A stretch of 63,985 nucleotides of DNA, counting the filler, from Stramenopiles sp. TOSAG23-6 (Eukaryota), in NCBI GenBank assembly GCA_900128565.1. It is 5 parts of 5 records of this genome, joined end to end, with 100 filler letters (N's around TTAATTAATTAA, not from the genome) between each part and the next. Parts side by side here need not be neighbours in the genome. Positions count along the whole stretch, not along the records: positions 1 to 12,900 come from LT636184.1; positions 13,001 to 25,871 come from LT636185.1; 3 more parts are not named here. One strand, given 5' to 3'. This document shows, in pieces, positions 9,874 to 21,697 of this stretch. Every line of letters starts with the position of its first letter. Positions within the stretch are counted from its first letter, which is position 1. A program made the translations under genes and the position numbers. The notes under the pieces are model-generated. The model made no database searches. It worked only from the letters and a program-made list of their open reading frames with translations, and had not been told where the DNA came from.

Positions 9874-12814
9874 ATGGGGAATATATTTCATTCGTCTACA
9901 AGTAAGCTTGAAGCTACTGCATCCTCATGGAGAAAGCACTATGACAAGGTAGAGCTAAATACGCTGATGCGTATATTCAAAAGTTTGACTTTAATTTCTG
10001 GTAACAGGAACGTACAGAGTGTAGAAAAAAAACTTTTCTTGCAATTATTTTCCTCTGGCACATCTATTCTTCCAGGACTGTATGCAGATAGATTATTTCA
10101 TTGTTTCGATCAAGATGGTAATGGTCGTATTGACTTCAAAGAATTCCTTGCTGGTCTAGCGGTACTTTGTCGGGGTTCACGAAAGGAAAAAGCTGAGTTT
10201 ATCTTTAAAATTTATGACTTGGATGGAAATGGAAAAGTGACTGGCAAAGAACTTCGATCGATGCTTTTTCATGTGCCTAAATCTGTGCTTGAGTTTAAGG
10301 CATGCGATGTGGTGAATCTGTCCACATCATCAGATATATCACACAGTACAGCAGATGCCCTAGCTCAATCTAATACTACTGATGAAATTTCAGCCAACTA
10401 CACTACAATGAATTTTGATACAACGGACACTTCTCATCAAAAACAACCCCAAACGAATATATCGTATACTGAGTCTATGAATAATCCGTCTGTTGAGGTT
10501 GACGTCGACAATCGAACTTCACGTGCTCAGGCAGTAGACATGGTATGTCATAATGCAGGTATTGACGTCGACACTGAATTAGACTTTAAAGATTTTATAG
10601 ATTTTTTGGATAAAACACCTCAATTAGAAGAATTTTGGCGAGAAATTGGGAAAAGCTGTTTGAAGCTTCGTCTACGACATTCAAATTCTACCGAGAATAC
10701 ACCAATGCGAAAATCTTCGAGGCCTCGTTTTAGACGACATAGCTCCGCATCATCTCGAAAAAGAAGTTCAATACAATCACTACGCCGTCATAGTGTAAGT
10801 TCCACGTCATCTGGAAAAAGAATTGTACAAAAATCATTACGTCGTCATAGTATAGGCTCCACCTCATCTCGAAAAAGAAGTTCAATACAATCATTACACC
10901 GTCATAGTGTTCTATCGAATACATTTTCTGATAGTGAAGACTTAGTGGCACATGATTTCGATTTTGGAGGTGTCAATTCTACATTTTATGAATCATCATC
11001 AGTTGATAGTTGTAGAATCAATTCAGATGAAGATTTTCGTCAGAGTAGTAAGTATAATCCTAGCAAATATAGAAACAAATCTATTCATTTAAATAATGAA
11101 AGTCCAATTGTCCAAGGAATAAAAAGTCTCCATGTTGATTTAAATGATAATACTAACCCTAACCCTAACCCTGATAGTCTCCATGTTGATTTAAATAATG
11201 ATAATACTTTATTATCCCCACGTAGTTATAATAGATATAGTAATATTTCTGATGATGACTATCTTTCAAATTCAACAACACGAAATAATAATTTTCGTGT
11301 ATCTATAAATTCTATAAAACGGCCACAAGCAATCAATACTGCATATGAGGAGAAAAGAAGGGACCATGCATTAGATGGTATTGATTTACTTCAATATGGT
11401 TTGGATAATAACCCTACCCCTACATCATGTGATAATGGTGTAATTCATTCACTATCTGGTACAAAGCATCCTATTGATGTAAATAAACAATTCATTGCTG
11501 TTGATGGAGATGAAACATTACAGAATACCTTATCTGTATTTCCTCCAATTTTAGGCGACGATACTACAAATAATACTATAAATAATAATACAAATAATGA
11601 TAAAAATAATACTATAAATAATAATACAAATAATGATGAAAATGATACTACAAATAATAACACTAATAGTTGGAATTATATGGAAGGTCGATTATGGAAA
11701 AGATCAAGGAAAGCTTTAAAATTTAATATTGATGTGTGGCACGAACGGTGGTATGTACGTTGTTCATGAATCCTTTCAATTCTATTGTTTTGTACCAAAT
11801 TTCGTAGCTAACATTTTTTTGTAAGAAAAATATTTTTCACAATCAATGTTCTTCACCATAATATGCTCTACGAATATCGGACCACGTCAGACAAACTTCC
11901 GAGTAAAGTTTACTTTTTAGATACTTGCATCATTACACGAGAGCCTGGATATTTTAGAGGCCCAAAACTTGCTAGTTCAGTTCGTGGTTTTAGTCTTAGT
12001 CCACGAAAACATCAAAAATTATCTTCATCTGCCAGAGGTTTTCGAACAGGCTCTTCTTTGATGAAAAGTATTTCAAAGTCAAAACGTGAAAAATTGTCTA
12101 CTCGAGAGTCAAAAACATCAAAAACATCAAAGTCATTAACTTTGGGTTCAAAAAAACCTCCGATACCTCCATCAAGTATACCTTTGAGCCGGTCTTTTTA
12201 CAAAAGCCGAAGAAGGTCTGTTACAGAACCAGACTTTAACTGTGTAAAAACCAATTATGAGGAATCATATAATGATCAAAATGAAATATCAATGGGAACT
12301 TTTGAAATTCTATGGGGTATTCGTATTAAACGTGAAGGCGGTGATAGTAATGATGTATGTTTTATTTTTTTTAATTTTTAATTTTTTTTCGTACGAAGTT
12401 TTGTACCTAACGATTTTTTTTTGAAATATTTTTCCAAAATACATGTAGAAAGAGGAGGATTTTGTCGGACTATATTTGCAACTTCAGAAGAAGTTAGAGA
12501 TGAATGGTGGAGTGCTTTGAGAATTGCTGCACATACTATACCTTTTGATGAAAAGTACGAATTGTTAAATTGTATTGGTCGTGTACGTTTACATCATGAA
12601 TTTTTTCTTTTGTACGAAATTTTGTACCTAACGATTTTGTTTTGAAATATTTTTTTACAATACTTGGTCGTTTTGCTTCAGTGTTTCTGTGTAAACGTAG
12701 GAAAATAAATGATGAGTTTGATGGGGCTAGTAATAATAATTGTTTGAATGTATCCCCATCCAAAGAACGATATTCTGATGATAAATATTATGCGGTTAAA
12801 GTTATAAGTGTCAT
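9874..12814 (+). CDS. CDPK7-like protein: EF-hands + PH domain + protein kinase (3' partial); exons 9874-11754, 11848-12354, 12445-12582, 12666-12814
   Basis: DQDGNGRIDFKEF and DLDGNGKVTGKEL EF-hands; PH motifs EGRLWKR..W..RWYVL and EEVRDEWWSAL; kinase IGRGRFASV...YAVKVI after intron removal. Confidence 0.8.
11755..11847 (+). mobile_element. Introner-family intron (GT...AT), diverged
   Basis: at|GTACGT...TAGCTAAC...CAATCAAT|gtt restores PH motif RWYVL. Confidence 0.8.
12355..12444 (+). mobile_element. Introner-family intron (GT...AT)
   Basis: at|GTATGT...TTCGTACGAA...TACCTAAC...AAAATACAT|gta; frame restored. Confidence 0.85.
12583..12665 (+). mobile_element. Introner-family intron (GT...TT)
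   Basis: Removal gives kinase glycine loop IGR|GRFASV. Confidence 0.85.
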
Positions 12815-12900
12815 GTATGTTTTATTTTTTTTCAATTTCGAAGTTTTTTTTTCGTACGAAATTTTGTACCTAACGATTTTTTTTTGAAATATTTTTCCAA
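12815..12900 (+). mobile_element. Introner-family intron, truncated by contig end
   Basis: at|GTATGT, full core motif, runs into gap. Confidence 0.85.
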
Positions 12901-13000
12901 NNNNNNNNNNNNNNNNNNNNNNNNNNNNNNNNNNNNNNNNNNNNTTAATTAATTAANNNNNNNNNNNNNNNNNNNNNNNNNNNNNNNNNNNNNNNNNNNN
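12901..13000. other. Artificial contig linker
   Basis: 100 nt of N around TTAATTAATTAA (stops in all frames). Confidence 0.95.
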
Positions 13001-13055
13001 AATTTTGTACCTAACAAATTTTAGTTTTTTTTTGAAATATTTTTCCAAAATACAT
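13001..13055 (+). mobile_element. Introner-family intron, 3' part (...AT)
   Basis: TTTTGTACCTAAC...CCAAAATACAT at contig start. Confidence 0.85.
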
Positions 13056-15507
13056 ATATCAGGAACTGGAGAGGAAAATGTCAAATGGAAAAGTAAGTAC
13101 GAAAGGGCAAAACATACTTTAGAATCTATCTATACCGAAATTTTAGAGTCATATCAAAAAGGTATTCGCAAGCAAATAAGTGGACACGATCTTCATTTAT
13201 ATCTTCGAAATTATAGAAATACAAAACATAGAAAACTACTTCATCGATTTATCAGTAGAGCTAGACCTTTACATTCCGGTTCCGAATTATACGTTGCACT
13301 CGATATAAACCATAGTAATTTAATAACAAAACACGAATTTGTACATACTTTGTTACTACCACCTGCAAAACGCGAGTTAATCAAGATTTTTCAAGCCATA
13401 GATCTTGATAGTGATGGTTGTATTAAAGCCCGAGATATTCACAATTTTTTACATTCAAATGAAAATCATGAAATGGCTGAAACATTGAAGAAACTGATTT
13501 ATGCTAGTCGACGTTTTTTTGTGGCAACGAATAGTTCCCATGAAATGCTCAAATCTCTCGATGTAGATCATGTACGTTTTCATCATTCATTTCAATTTAT
13601 AATTTATATTTTTTTTTCATACGAAATGTTATACCTAACGATTTTTTTCTGAAATATTGTTTCACCGTACATGACAACAAAGTCACACTTCACGAATTTA
13701 TACATTGCTTACACTCAACCTTACAAAAACGATTAGCGAAGAAACAAAATGATGATGTATGTTTTATTTTTTTTTCAAATTCGTTTTTTTTTCCGTACGA
13801 AATTTTGTACCTAACGATTTTTTTTTGAAATATTTTTTCACAATACATAACGCCATGAAAGAAGAAAAAAATATATCATCGAAGTTACAATCCCTTTTTC
13901 GTTATTATTGCTCATATGGCGAAAGATTCGATTTTAGTCTTGGAATGTCAAATTGGTGTAAAATGATTCGTGATATTGACATGGCATCACCAAACCAATT
14001 AATAAAAAATAGATTTATAAATAATAAACCTCACGGTGGAATTGCTTTAGAAGATCTTGGGCTTACTTTCTACGCTGCTTTGTCTTTCCAAAAGAAAACA
14101 GACAAGAGCTGCATCGAAAAAAAGAAGCTAAATTATGATAGTTTCCTGTATGCCTTGCGATATATTGCATGCAAACGATTTCCAGATATCCCACCAAAGA
14201 GTGCAACAAAAAGAATGTTACACCAATATATCATTCCATTATACGATGAAGCTGTTATATATTCTAATTCAGTATATACTAAATTAGAAATTGAAGGTCG
14301 CAATGACTTACGACAATGTAAGGAAGAATTTGAACCAAAGGTGAGAAAGTTTTTTCTTCGTCATAATCAAACCTTGAATAAAATATTTCGAAAATATGCC
14401 TACATTGGAAACGAATCGAATGATATCCATAGGAGAATTGTGGGCAAGGCAGGATGGGACTCAAAAAAACGAAATCCTGGAATACTAGCATGGAAAGACT
14501 TTTCTAAATTCGCATCGGATTTTGGTATTATTCCAACAATTATTCCTCGTGATGTTTGCAAGCAGACTTTTCTCCTGCTTTGTGCGTATGAAGCAAATGG
14601 GTCCCAAATTAACTTTGATATCGAGGAACTTAAAAATATTAGATCAATGACGTATGGCACATTTATATTGTGTTTAGCAATGCTTTGCATGGTTCGATTT
14701 CGTGCGATTGACTATAGTGATCAATGCCCAACACCAATAACAAAAATTCAGTTATTCTTTTTCAAGATGAAATGCCCGGCAGAACTTTTAAACAAAGCAG
14801 AACATCATTTGTTTATGTCAGTAGCTCGAGACGTAAGTAAAACATTGCGTTCAGTTTCTGAAGATTCAGATTTTCAAAAGAAACTTTTACCCATGAAACA
14901 AGTGGAAGAAGTCAAAACTCTTCTTCTTGATGGACCAATGAAAGCACAAACTCAAAAACAAGAAAGTAAAACGAAAAAGTTACAATATCAATGTGCTGAT
15001 ACAAAAAGAAGGTGTGAGCTGGAGGTACGTAAGTTCCGCAGAATGCAACAGGAAATAAACGAACGTGCATCTAGGAAAATGATATCAAAGAAGCTTGCGC
15101 TAAACAGTAATGTTCAACATCAAATGAAACAAGCAGATGAGAAGTTCGATTTCGATGATTGGACAGAAAAGTTAGAGATACTAAATACTCTGCAACAACG
15201 TGCATTCAAAGCGGTAATTGAAAAGGATAAAAGTGAAGCGAACACATTTAGTCACACAGAAAAAGATCAGATAGAAAAAGCACTAAAGTTGAGAGAATTG
15301 AAAGCACACCTGAAACGAGAGATTAACAAGGTAGTCGAATCGAGTCAACCAAATTCGCCAGAGTCTGTATTGAAGAAACCAAATGGTAACAATTTTTCTG
15401 GCGATACAAATGTTTCTCTGCAAGATGCATTCAGAAAAGCGAAAGCTGAAGCTTTCAGAAAAGCAAAAATTGCAACAAAACACAAACCCCTTCGACATTA
15501 TAATTGA
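13056..15507 (+). CDS. Multi-EF-hand protein (5' partial); exons 13056-13571, 13673-13756, 13849-15507
   Basis: DINHSNLITKHEF, DLDSDGCI, and DVDH|DNKVTLHEF EF-hand restored by splicing. Confidence 0.8.
13572..13672 (+). mobile_element. Introner-family intron (GT...AT)
   Basis: Removal restores EF-hand DVDHDNKVTLHEF exactly. Confidence 0.9.
13757..13848 (+). mobile_element. Introner-family intron (GT...AT)
   Basis: at|GTATGT...CACAATACAT|aac; frame restored. Confidence 0.85.
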
Positions 15508-15733
15508 CGGAGAATCTTCCACAAGAAAAATAAAAAAGGTCTTACTATTTAAAAGTGATAATAAGGACAAAAAAATGTGTTTTCGTTTAAGTATGTGTTT
15601 ATATACCTTTAATTACTTACATATTATGAGATACATGCCTTGACTCCTCTTTTCTAACTATTCCAAGCTTTAGCTTTACACATTCATTCATTCGATTGAA
15701 AGATTTTACAATGTAACGATTGTTTTGCACACC

Positions 15734-17368
15734 TCAATCAAACCAAATAGGTTTCTGAATTTTCATTTTGGCATCCAAATTAACTTCAACGGTGTTTTTT
15801 TCTTCACCACTCAAATTCTGAAAGGTTGTTTGCTGCAGCCATTGGGGTGTGGATTTAATGGTTTGATGTTGAACAGATTTAGGTAGTTTAGGTATAGAAG
15901 TTAATTTATATTCACCGGAACGTTTAGGCTTATTTGCCAAACTATCAATGGAAGAGGAAATTATCAATCGTCGATTTTGAGATGACAATGGCTTTAAAAG
16001 TTTATGTTGATCTTTTGTAATTATTTTTGCATCAGTACTATTTCCAGTTAAACTTGAAGAAGTTCGAATCGGAGATGGTGGTGATTGATCTAATATTTTA
16101 CGTCTTGGTCTACGGATTGGCGAAGGAGGATCAAATAAGAGGGTACTTTGAGTACTATTATCATGTTGCAGTGAAATATTTTCACTGATACTACTCCTAC
16201 GATTAGACGGTCGAAATATAGGTGTACTCAGAAGAAGCGCAAGAGAAGCATCTGCACTGGTTTCGTTGGAGGCATTTTCTGTATTTCGTCTATTTGTAAC
16301 ATTTCTCTCATTATTTGTCCAAGCGACACCATTAACATTTCTATTCTTATTCATATTTGCTTTTGTATTAAAATTGACCTTTCCCGAATGCAATGTATCA
16401 GTTGTATTTTCACTTGATATGGGATTTAATTTACTTCTCCGTTTTTGACGAAACTCCGAACTTTTTAATACTTTTCTTTTACAGATACTATCAATATTTG
16501 AATTAATATTTAAACTAGGGTGATCTATCTTGGCTAACTTTCGGGGTGATATATTTACATGTTGTATTGGTTTTTGCGTATGGTTTGATAATGATGACTT
16601 TCTAGTATTTTTATATGTTTCACTACTGAAAGATTCGGAAAACAAGGCTTCAAAGGCATCATCTCTTTCTGAAGAAATTTTTGAAGTATGAATTTGTTGT
16701 AGTTTCTTATGTTTTCGATATCCCTCGGTTGTGACGCGTCTACTGCTAATGGAACTATTTATATTCTTTTGCGTTGTAGGATTTTTCGAATTGTCGCCAA
16801 TACTAGCGTCACTATTTGTTTTATGTATTGCTTCCTGATGAGTTGTTTTCGTGGATTTCATATTTTCAATATTACTTAATTTTTCTAGTCGGTTTGAATA
16901 CTGTTTTATTTTCATTTTACCCCACTTTTTCTTTCGCGGATCAGGTGATGGTGGTCTACGCCATCCTTCAGTGGGTAAACTTAATTCTGAGAAAGCTAAC
17001 GACGCTTTGTCTCGCTCAGATTTAGATGGGAGAGATAATGTCTTATTTCTACTGAGAGATAATGTCTTATTTCTAATGAGGTCACTTTCTGAGTCAATAG
17101 ATAGCGTTGTAAGAGAAGCATGGTTCTGCATACTACTATCACCAGAACTAAAGAGTAAATTACTTGCATTTCGCCGAAGCACTGTCTTTGCGAGAGACGA
17201 GTGCTGCGTTTCACGTCTTCGGGCACTATTACGCGCAGCAAATGATATCAACCCACCATTAGGTCCAAATCTATACAATTCATTATTGACTTCGTTTTTT
17301 TTTGTGTGGCGAGACTGGCCACAAACTACTGTGTTTGATCTATGATTTACTGAACTATTAACTGACAT
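15734..17368 (-). CDS. Hypothetical Ser/Asn/Lys-rich protein
   Basis: 544 aa ORF, low complexity, no domain recognised. Confidence 0.6.
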   Translation of the reverse strand: MSVNSSVNHRSNTVVCGQSRHTKKNEVNNELYRFGPNGGLISFAARNSARRRETQHSSLAKTVLRRNASNLLFSSGDSSMQNHASLTTLSIDSESDLIRNKTLSLSRNKTLSLPSKSERDKASLAFSELSLPTEGWRRPPSPDPRKKKWGKMKIKQYSNRLEKLSNIENMKSTKTTHQEAIHKTNSDASIGDNSKNPTTQKNINSSISSRRVTTEGYRKHKKLQQIHTSKISSERDDAFEALFSESFSSETYKNTRKSSLSNHTQKPIQHVNISPRKLAKIDHPSLNINSNIDSICKRKVLKSSEFRQKRRSKLNPISSENTTDTLHSGKVNFNTKANMNKNRNVNGVAWTNNERNVTNRRNTENASNETSADASLALLLSTPIFRPSNRRSSISENISLQHDNSTQSTLLFDPPSPIRRPRRKILDQSPPSPIRTSSSLTGNSTDAKIITKDQHKLLKPLSSQNRRLIISSSIDSLANKPKRSGEYKLTSIPKLPKSVQHQTIKSTPQWLQQTTFQNLSGEEKNTVEVNLDAKMKIQKPIWFD

Positions 17369-17607
17369 TTCAGCACTGAAATCTACTGTTATTTTTATTC
17401 ATGTGTTAAATATATTCAATATGAAAACGTAGATAGGCACTTGTGACATACTATAAAAAACGTGATACAAAAAACTACTAAAACAGTTACGGATTTTCGT
17501 TTTGTCGCGTGCCAAATCAAATTTCAAATTTGAATAATTCTATTTTGCTCCTCTACAAAATTATACCTCTACACTTACAAATTATTTGAATCTAATTTGT
17601 GATTAAA

Positions 17608-18858
17608 ATGTCAAAACCACCACCACCAAACTATACACCTCCACCTCTATCACCCAATTCGAAGAAATTGATGCGATATCACCTTAGACTTCAAGCGGAA
17701 CTCAAACGTGAACACGGGGACGAAGATTTGGCAAAGGAAATGGGTAAAACAAGTACCACAACATCATTTCTCCCAGGAAAAATTCAACCTATACCAAAAT
17801 TTCTAAAAAAGAGTAACATGAACGCAATCGCGGAAGATCCAGTTGATATCCCAAGGCGACGTTCAACACTAGCAACACATCAATTTAGGAGAAAAATAGA
17901 ACAGAGTCGTTACACAGATTTATTTAACACTCAATCGACCAAAGACCCCACTAAAGTTGCATCTATCGCAGCAAATGCAGCATTTTTAGCAGCCAAAAGT
18001 GCAAATACTTCACAAAGTAATGCTTTGAAGTCATATTGGACTTCTACCAATATTGCATTTCAAAATATTAAAGTTGAGTTAAAGGAAGCACGAAGTACTG
18101 TACTACTAAATGATGAAGAAGTGGAAACCTTACTATTGAATGATGAAGAACTTAGCAAACGCATAGAAAATAATTTGGAAATTTCTGAAGAAAATCTTTC
18201 TGAAAGTGTTGGAAATCGAATGTCATTGAAAGAATTGATTATTCTACAACAGAAAAAGCATGTACGTTTTATGTTTTTTTAAATTCGATTTTTTTTCGTA
18301 CGAAATTTTGTACCTAATGATTTTTGTTTCAAATATTTTTCCAAAATACATAGAAGCGTCTGCCAGAGTTTGGAACAAAATTTGTCAATTGCCTTGAAAG
18401 ATTCTGAAGAAAGCGGTCGGAAGCTCAGGGAAATGTATCAACTTTTGTCTTTAGCTGTAAGTAGAGCAGAGAATGCTGAAAGGATGACTATTAAGTACAA
18501 AAATGAAGCAGAATTTTTTTCGCATGAAGTAAATCGATGGAAACGAGCACTTCAAACTGTGGATGAGACGGTATTGAATATTGCATTGGAAAATAATAGT
18601 GTAAAGCAAAACGAGCGGATCTACCCTACTGATTTAATGAAAAAATATTTGTCAAGTATTAAAAATAACATTAAAAATAACAAAGAAACAATAGAAAAAA
18701 TACATGAAGATGAAGTTGTAGAAGATTCACCGGACTCTTTGAAGCATAAATCTAGATTGGGTAGATTGAGAATGAAAAAGAATTTGAAGATAAATACCGA
18801 AATGGGTAATAAATTTGACACTGGTGTTGGTGAAAATAAATGTGGAATTGAACACTAG
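17608..18858 (+). CDS. Hypothetical coiled-coil protein; exons 17608-18261, 18352-18858
   Basis: Two ORFs joined in frame by removing the repeat. Confidence 0.65.
18262..18351 (+). mobile_element. Introner-family intron (GT...AT)
   Basis: at|GTACGT...AAAATACAT|aga; the adjacent AG (18352-53) is out of frame, an in-frame CAG at 18364-66 is an alternative acceptor. Confidence 0.8.
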
Positions 18859-19017
18859 TAGTAGTTGTGTGTGAAAAAAATGGTACAAAAAAAACATAGT
18901 CGATACTTGAATATTTACAAAACTTATAAATTTTCATTATTATAGACATTTATTACTTTCAAATGTTTTTATCTAACTCCTGATCTTGTCGTGCACACAT
19001 AAGACCAAAACATAAAA

Positions 19018-21596
19018 TTAGAAGACATACATCTGCTGCCACGCCATTTCTCCATGATGTGCATATGTAGCATTTGAATATTTCACAGTGTGAAGGATTC
19101 TTCCAGTAACATCTGGTGGCGCTTCTAGACCGTCTTTAGGGCTACCCCACAAGCACGGTGGCTGAAGTATAAATCCCTTTTCAGAAAACTTTGGATTAAG
19201 GGATGGGTTTCCATAAACAGGTTTTTCTTCACACAACAACGTAGCATTAGTTTCATTACATACTTCTACGCCTTTTGTGTTTTCACTGTAGACCACAGTT
19301 GGAGGACAGAGGTATAAGCTTATACTAAGGCAACTTGGCGCATGACAATGAAAATGGGCTGCAGATAGTCTTGTCGTCTCCACACCTGGTGAAAATGTTC
19401 CAGTGATTTTATGTACCCATATACCTTCCTCTGTTAAAGAACAACCTTCAATACCTTGGCTACACTTTGGTACATCATATTCTACGGGAGATGCGATACC
19501 CCATGTCACTCTCCGGAGTTGTGTATGATATGACTTATCATATGGTTGTACCCAAAACCTAAACTTTAAGTTATATTCTAATGGTTGTGTTGTCCAGGGA
19601 ATATCTTGATCTGCATCTAAAAGAGAAAACATGTGGTGACAAGCAGCTTGTCCACCCGTGTAAGACCGTATATCACAAGTAGGATTTTTCATCGATAGTA
19701 AATCTGATCGTGGCTTTGGAGTGCATTTATTTGGAAATACTATGGTTCCACTACCCACATCAATATTAGGCTGTTTCGAACTTGGTGTATACTTGAGCTC
19801 TCCTTTTGCCGAACCAAAAGGCGGTGGTTTTCCTAGGCAAACACATGTTCCAGCTACTCCTTTTGAATTAACTGGTAGTATCGATATTGTAGAAGGTGTT
19901 TTCATTTTATGATAGCTCAACTTAGCCGTGGAACCAATTGCATTAATAAAGGGTAGTGTAGCTAATAAAGATGATGAAATATCAAAGGTAAAATGATCTT
20001 TTGTTATGCCTTTCATTGCTCGCGTCAGAACAACTGTACACAATCCCTTGTTTACACTTGTTGAAACAACTGTAATGGACGATTGGAGTAAAATACCTGG
20101 ATTTTGATCATGTAATTTTCTTTCTGTGACAACAAAGCCATTAGAATTGTTTATATCATTACTATTTGGTTCAACAATTATGGTCCATGGTGCATCACCC
20201 ATTCTAGATGCGCCAAAACCAACACCAAACCAGACACTAGATGGTCCAGTAAGTGTTATTTGAACAGCTTTGTCGTTTTTAGTTGGATCAATAAAAACTG
20301 ACAAATTTACAAGAGAGGTCGAGTTACCCAAGAATAATTCTTTACCACCGTTAGCGACAAATCCACAGGACGGGGACACTGTATTACTAAAATTATACTT
20401 GACTTGTTTCATTCTAAAGTAAACATGGTATATAATTGAAGTTTCTGAAGTTTTCTCTTCTATTGTGATACTGCATCCAAATGGTTTTGTTACGTCAAAT
20501 CCACTCGAATTTCGAAATTCTTTTGTATTGGCTTTTGAATCACCATTTAGTATATGTTTTGCAGCAGAAAAGCATTCAGTTGGAGTATTAATTACAGTAC
20601 ATCCTTTATTATTCACACAAGTATTGTGAAAAAATATTTCAAAAAAAAATTCGTTAGGTACGAAATTTCGTATGAAAAAAAATTGAAAAAAAAATTCATA
20701 TAAAACATACAAGAAGGACCAGCTGACAAAAGTAAATATTTTCCATGAATCACTTTAGAAATACGTGTAGTCACAGGACATTCAAGTAACCCAGAATATA
20801 AAGCATCTGGGCCTGTTGTTGGAGCCAGATTATTCCGTGGTACTGGACCAGACACAAATGGAGCCGGACCTGAAATAGGCATTTTATCTCTTTCCCAAGT
20901 ATCAATTTGCATTGGTGTAATTTGGAATGAGTGCGGACTTTCAATCACTTGGACAAAACCAGGAGCATATCCATGATATGATAATCGATATTCACCACCA
21001 TTAGCACCACCAAAGTTTTGTTTTGTAGGTAAAGTTGATGGTATCTCATCCTCATTCTTCTCAACTATCCACGCGTGTTTCTCACTTGGTAATCCGTGTC
21101 CACCCATTCTACTGGATTTTATTTCTTGTAATCGTGGATCTTCAGGACTATCAAATTCCGCAAATTTGAATTCATTTTTTGAACCAATCATTACACTCTC
21201 AAAATGGTGATTATAAGCTACAGTTATAGGTACACTCACGTCTGGTTCTCCGTCGAAACCTCTTCGGACCTGGTCCATCTCAAAGCCAATGACTGCCATC
21301 CCCTTGCCAGCATATCGGGCCACAATTTCATCTGGAAGGGAAACAGGAGCTAAACCTTTCCAAAATACTTGCGAATATAAGGACGTGATATTTGGAGAAT
21401 ATATATCAAAATATTCTGCTCCTTTAGGGTATTCACTGAAGGACGTTGGAAATTTACCCGTTGAAGGTGCATGAGGAGTTTGACTCCGCAAGTAAGGTCC
21501 ATTAAGGTTAGGTGCACTAATTGGCTTGAACACATCACCTGAATTCACTTGAGACACGAAGAATCCCAATGTACATAATATAATGCTCATCTGCAT
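19018..21596 (-). CDS. Secreted copper type II monooxygenase-like protein with DOMON-like insert; exons 21596-20711, 20618-19018
   Basis: Signal peptide; YNHH, HFHCH and HGEM metal-ligand-like motifs; WFGVGFGA..M DOMON-like motif. Confidence 0.65.
20619..20710 (-). mobile_element. Introner-family intron (GT...TT; TT duplicated)
   Basis: tt|GTATGT...CACAATACTT|gt joins the two ORFs in frame. Confidence 0.85.
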
Positions 21597-21697
21597 TACA
21601 AATGGCGCCTAAAGAATTTGAATAGAAATTTCGAAATTACCGGTTTATATCGCTCCATTTTTACAGGAGCGAGCGCGATCTGATCTTTTTAGGAAAT

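Noticed and set aside
12901-13000. TTAATTAATTAA within N runs, four times
   Set aside because: Synthetic 100-nt contig spacer; gene adjacency across it is meaningless.
9874-15507. Alternative genetic code explaining split ORFs
   Set aside because: Breaks coincide with repeat copies; long exons are open and end normally under the standard code.
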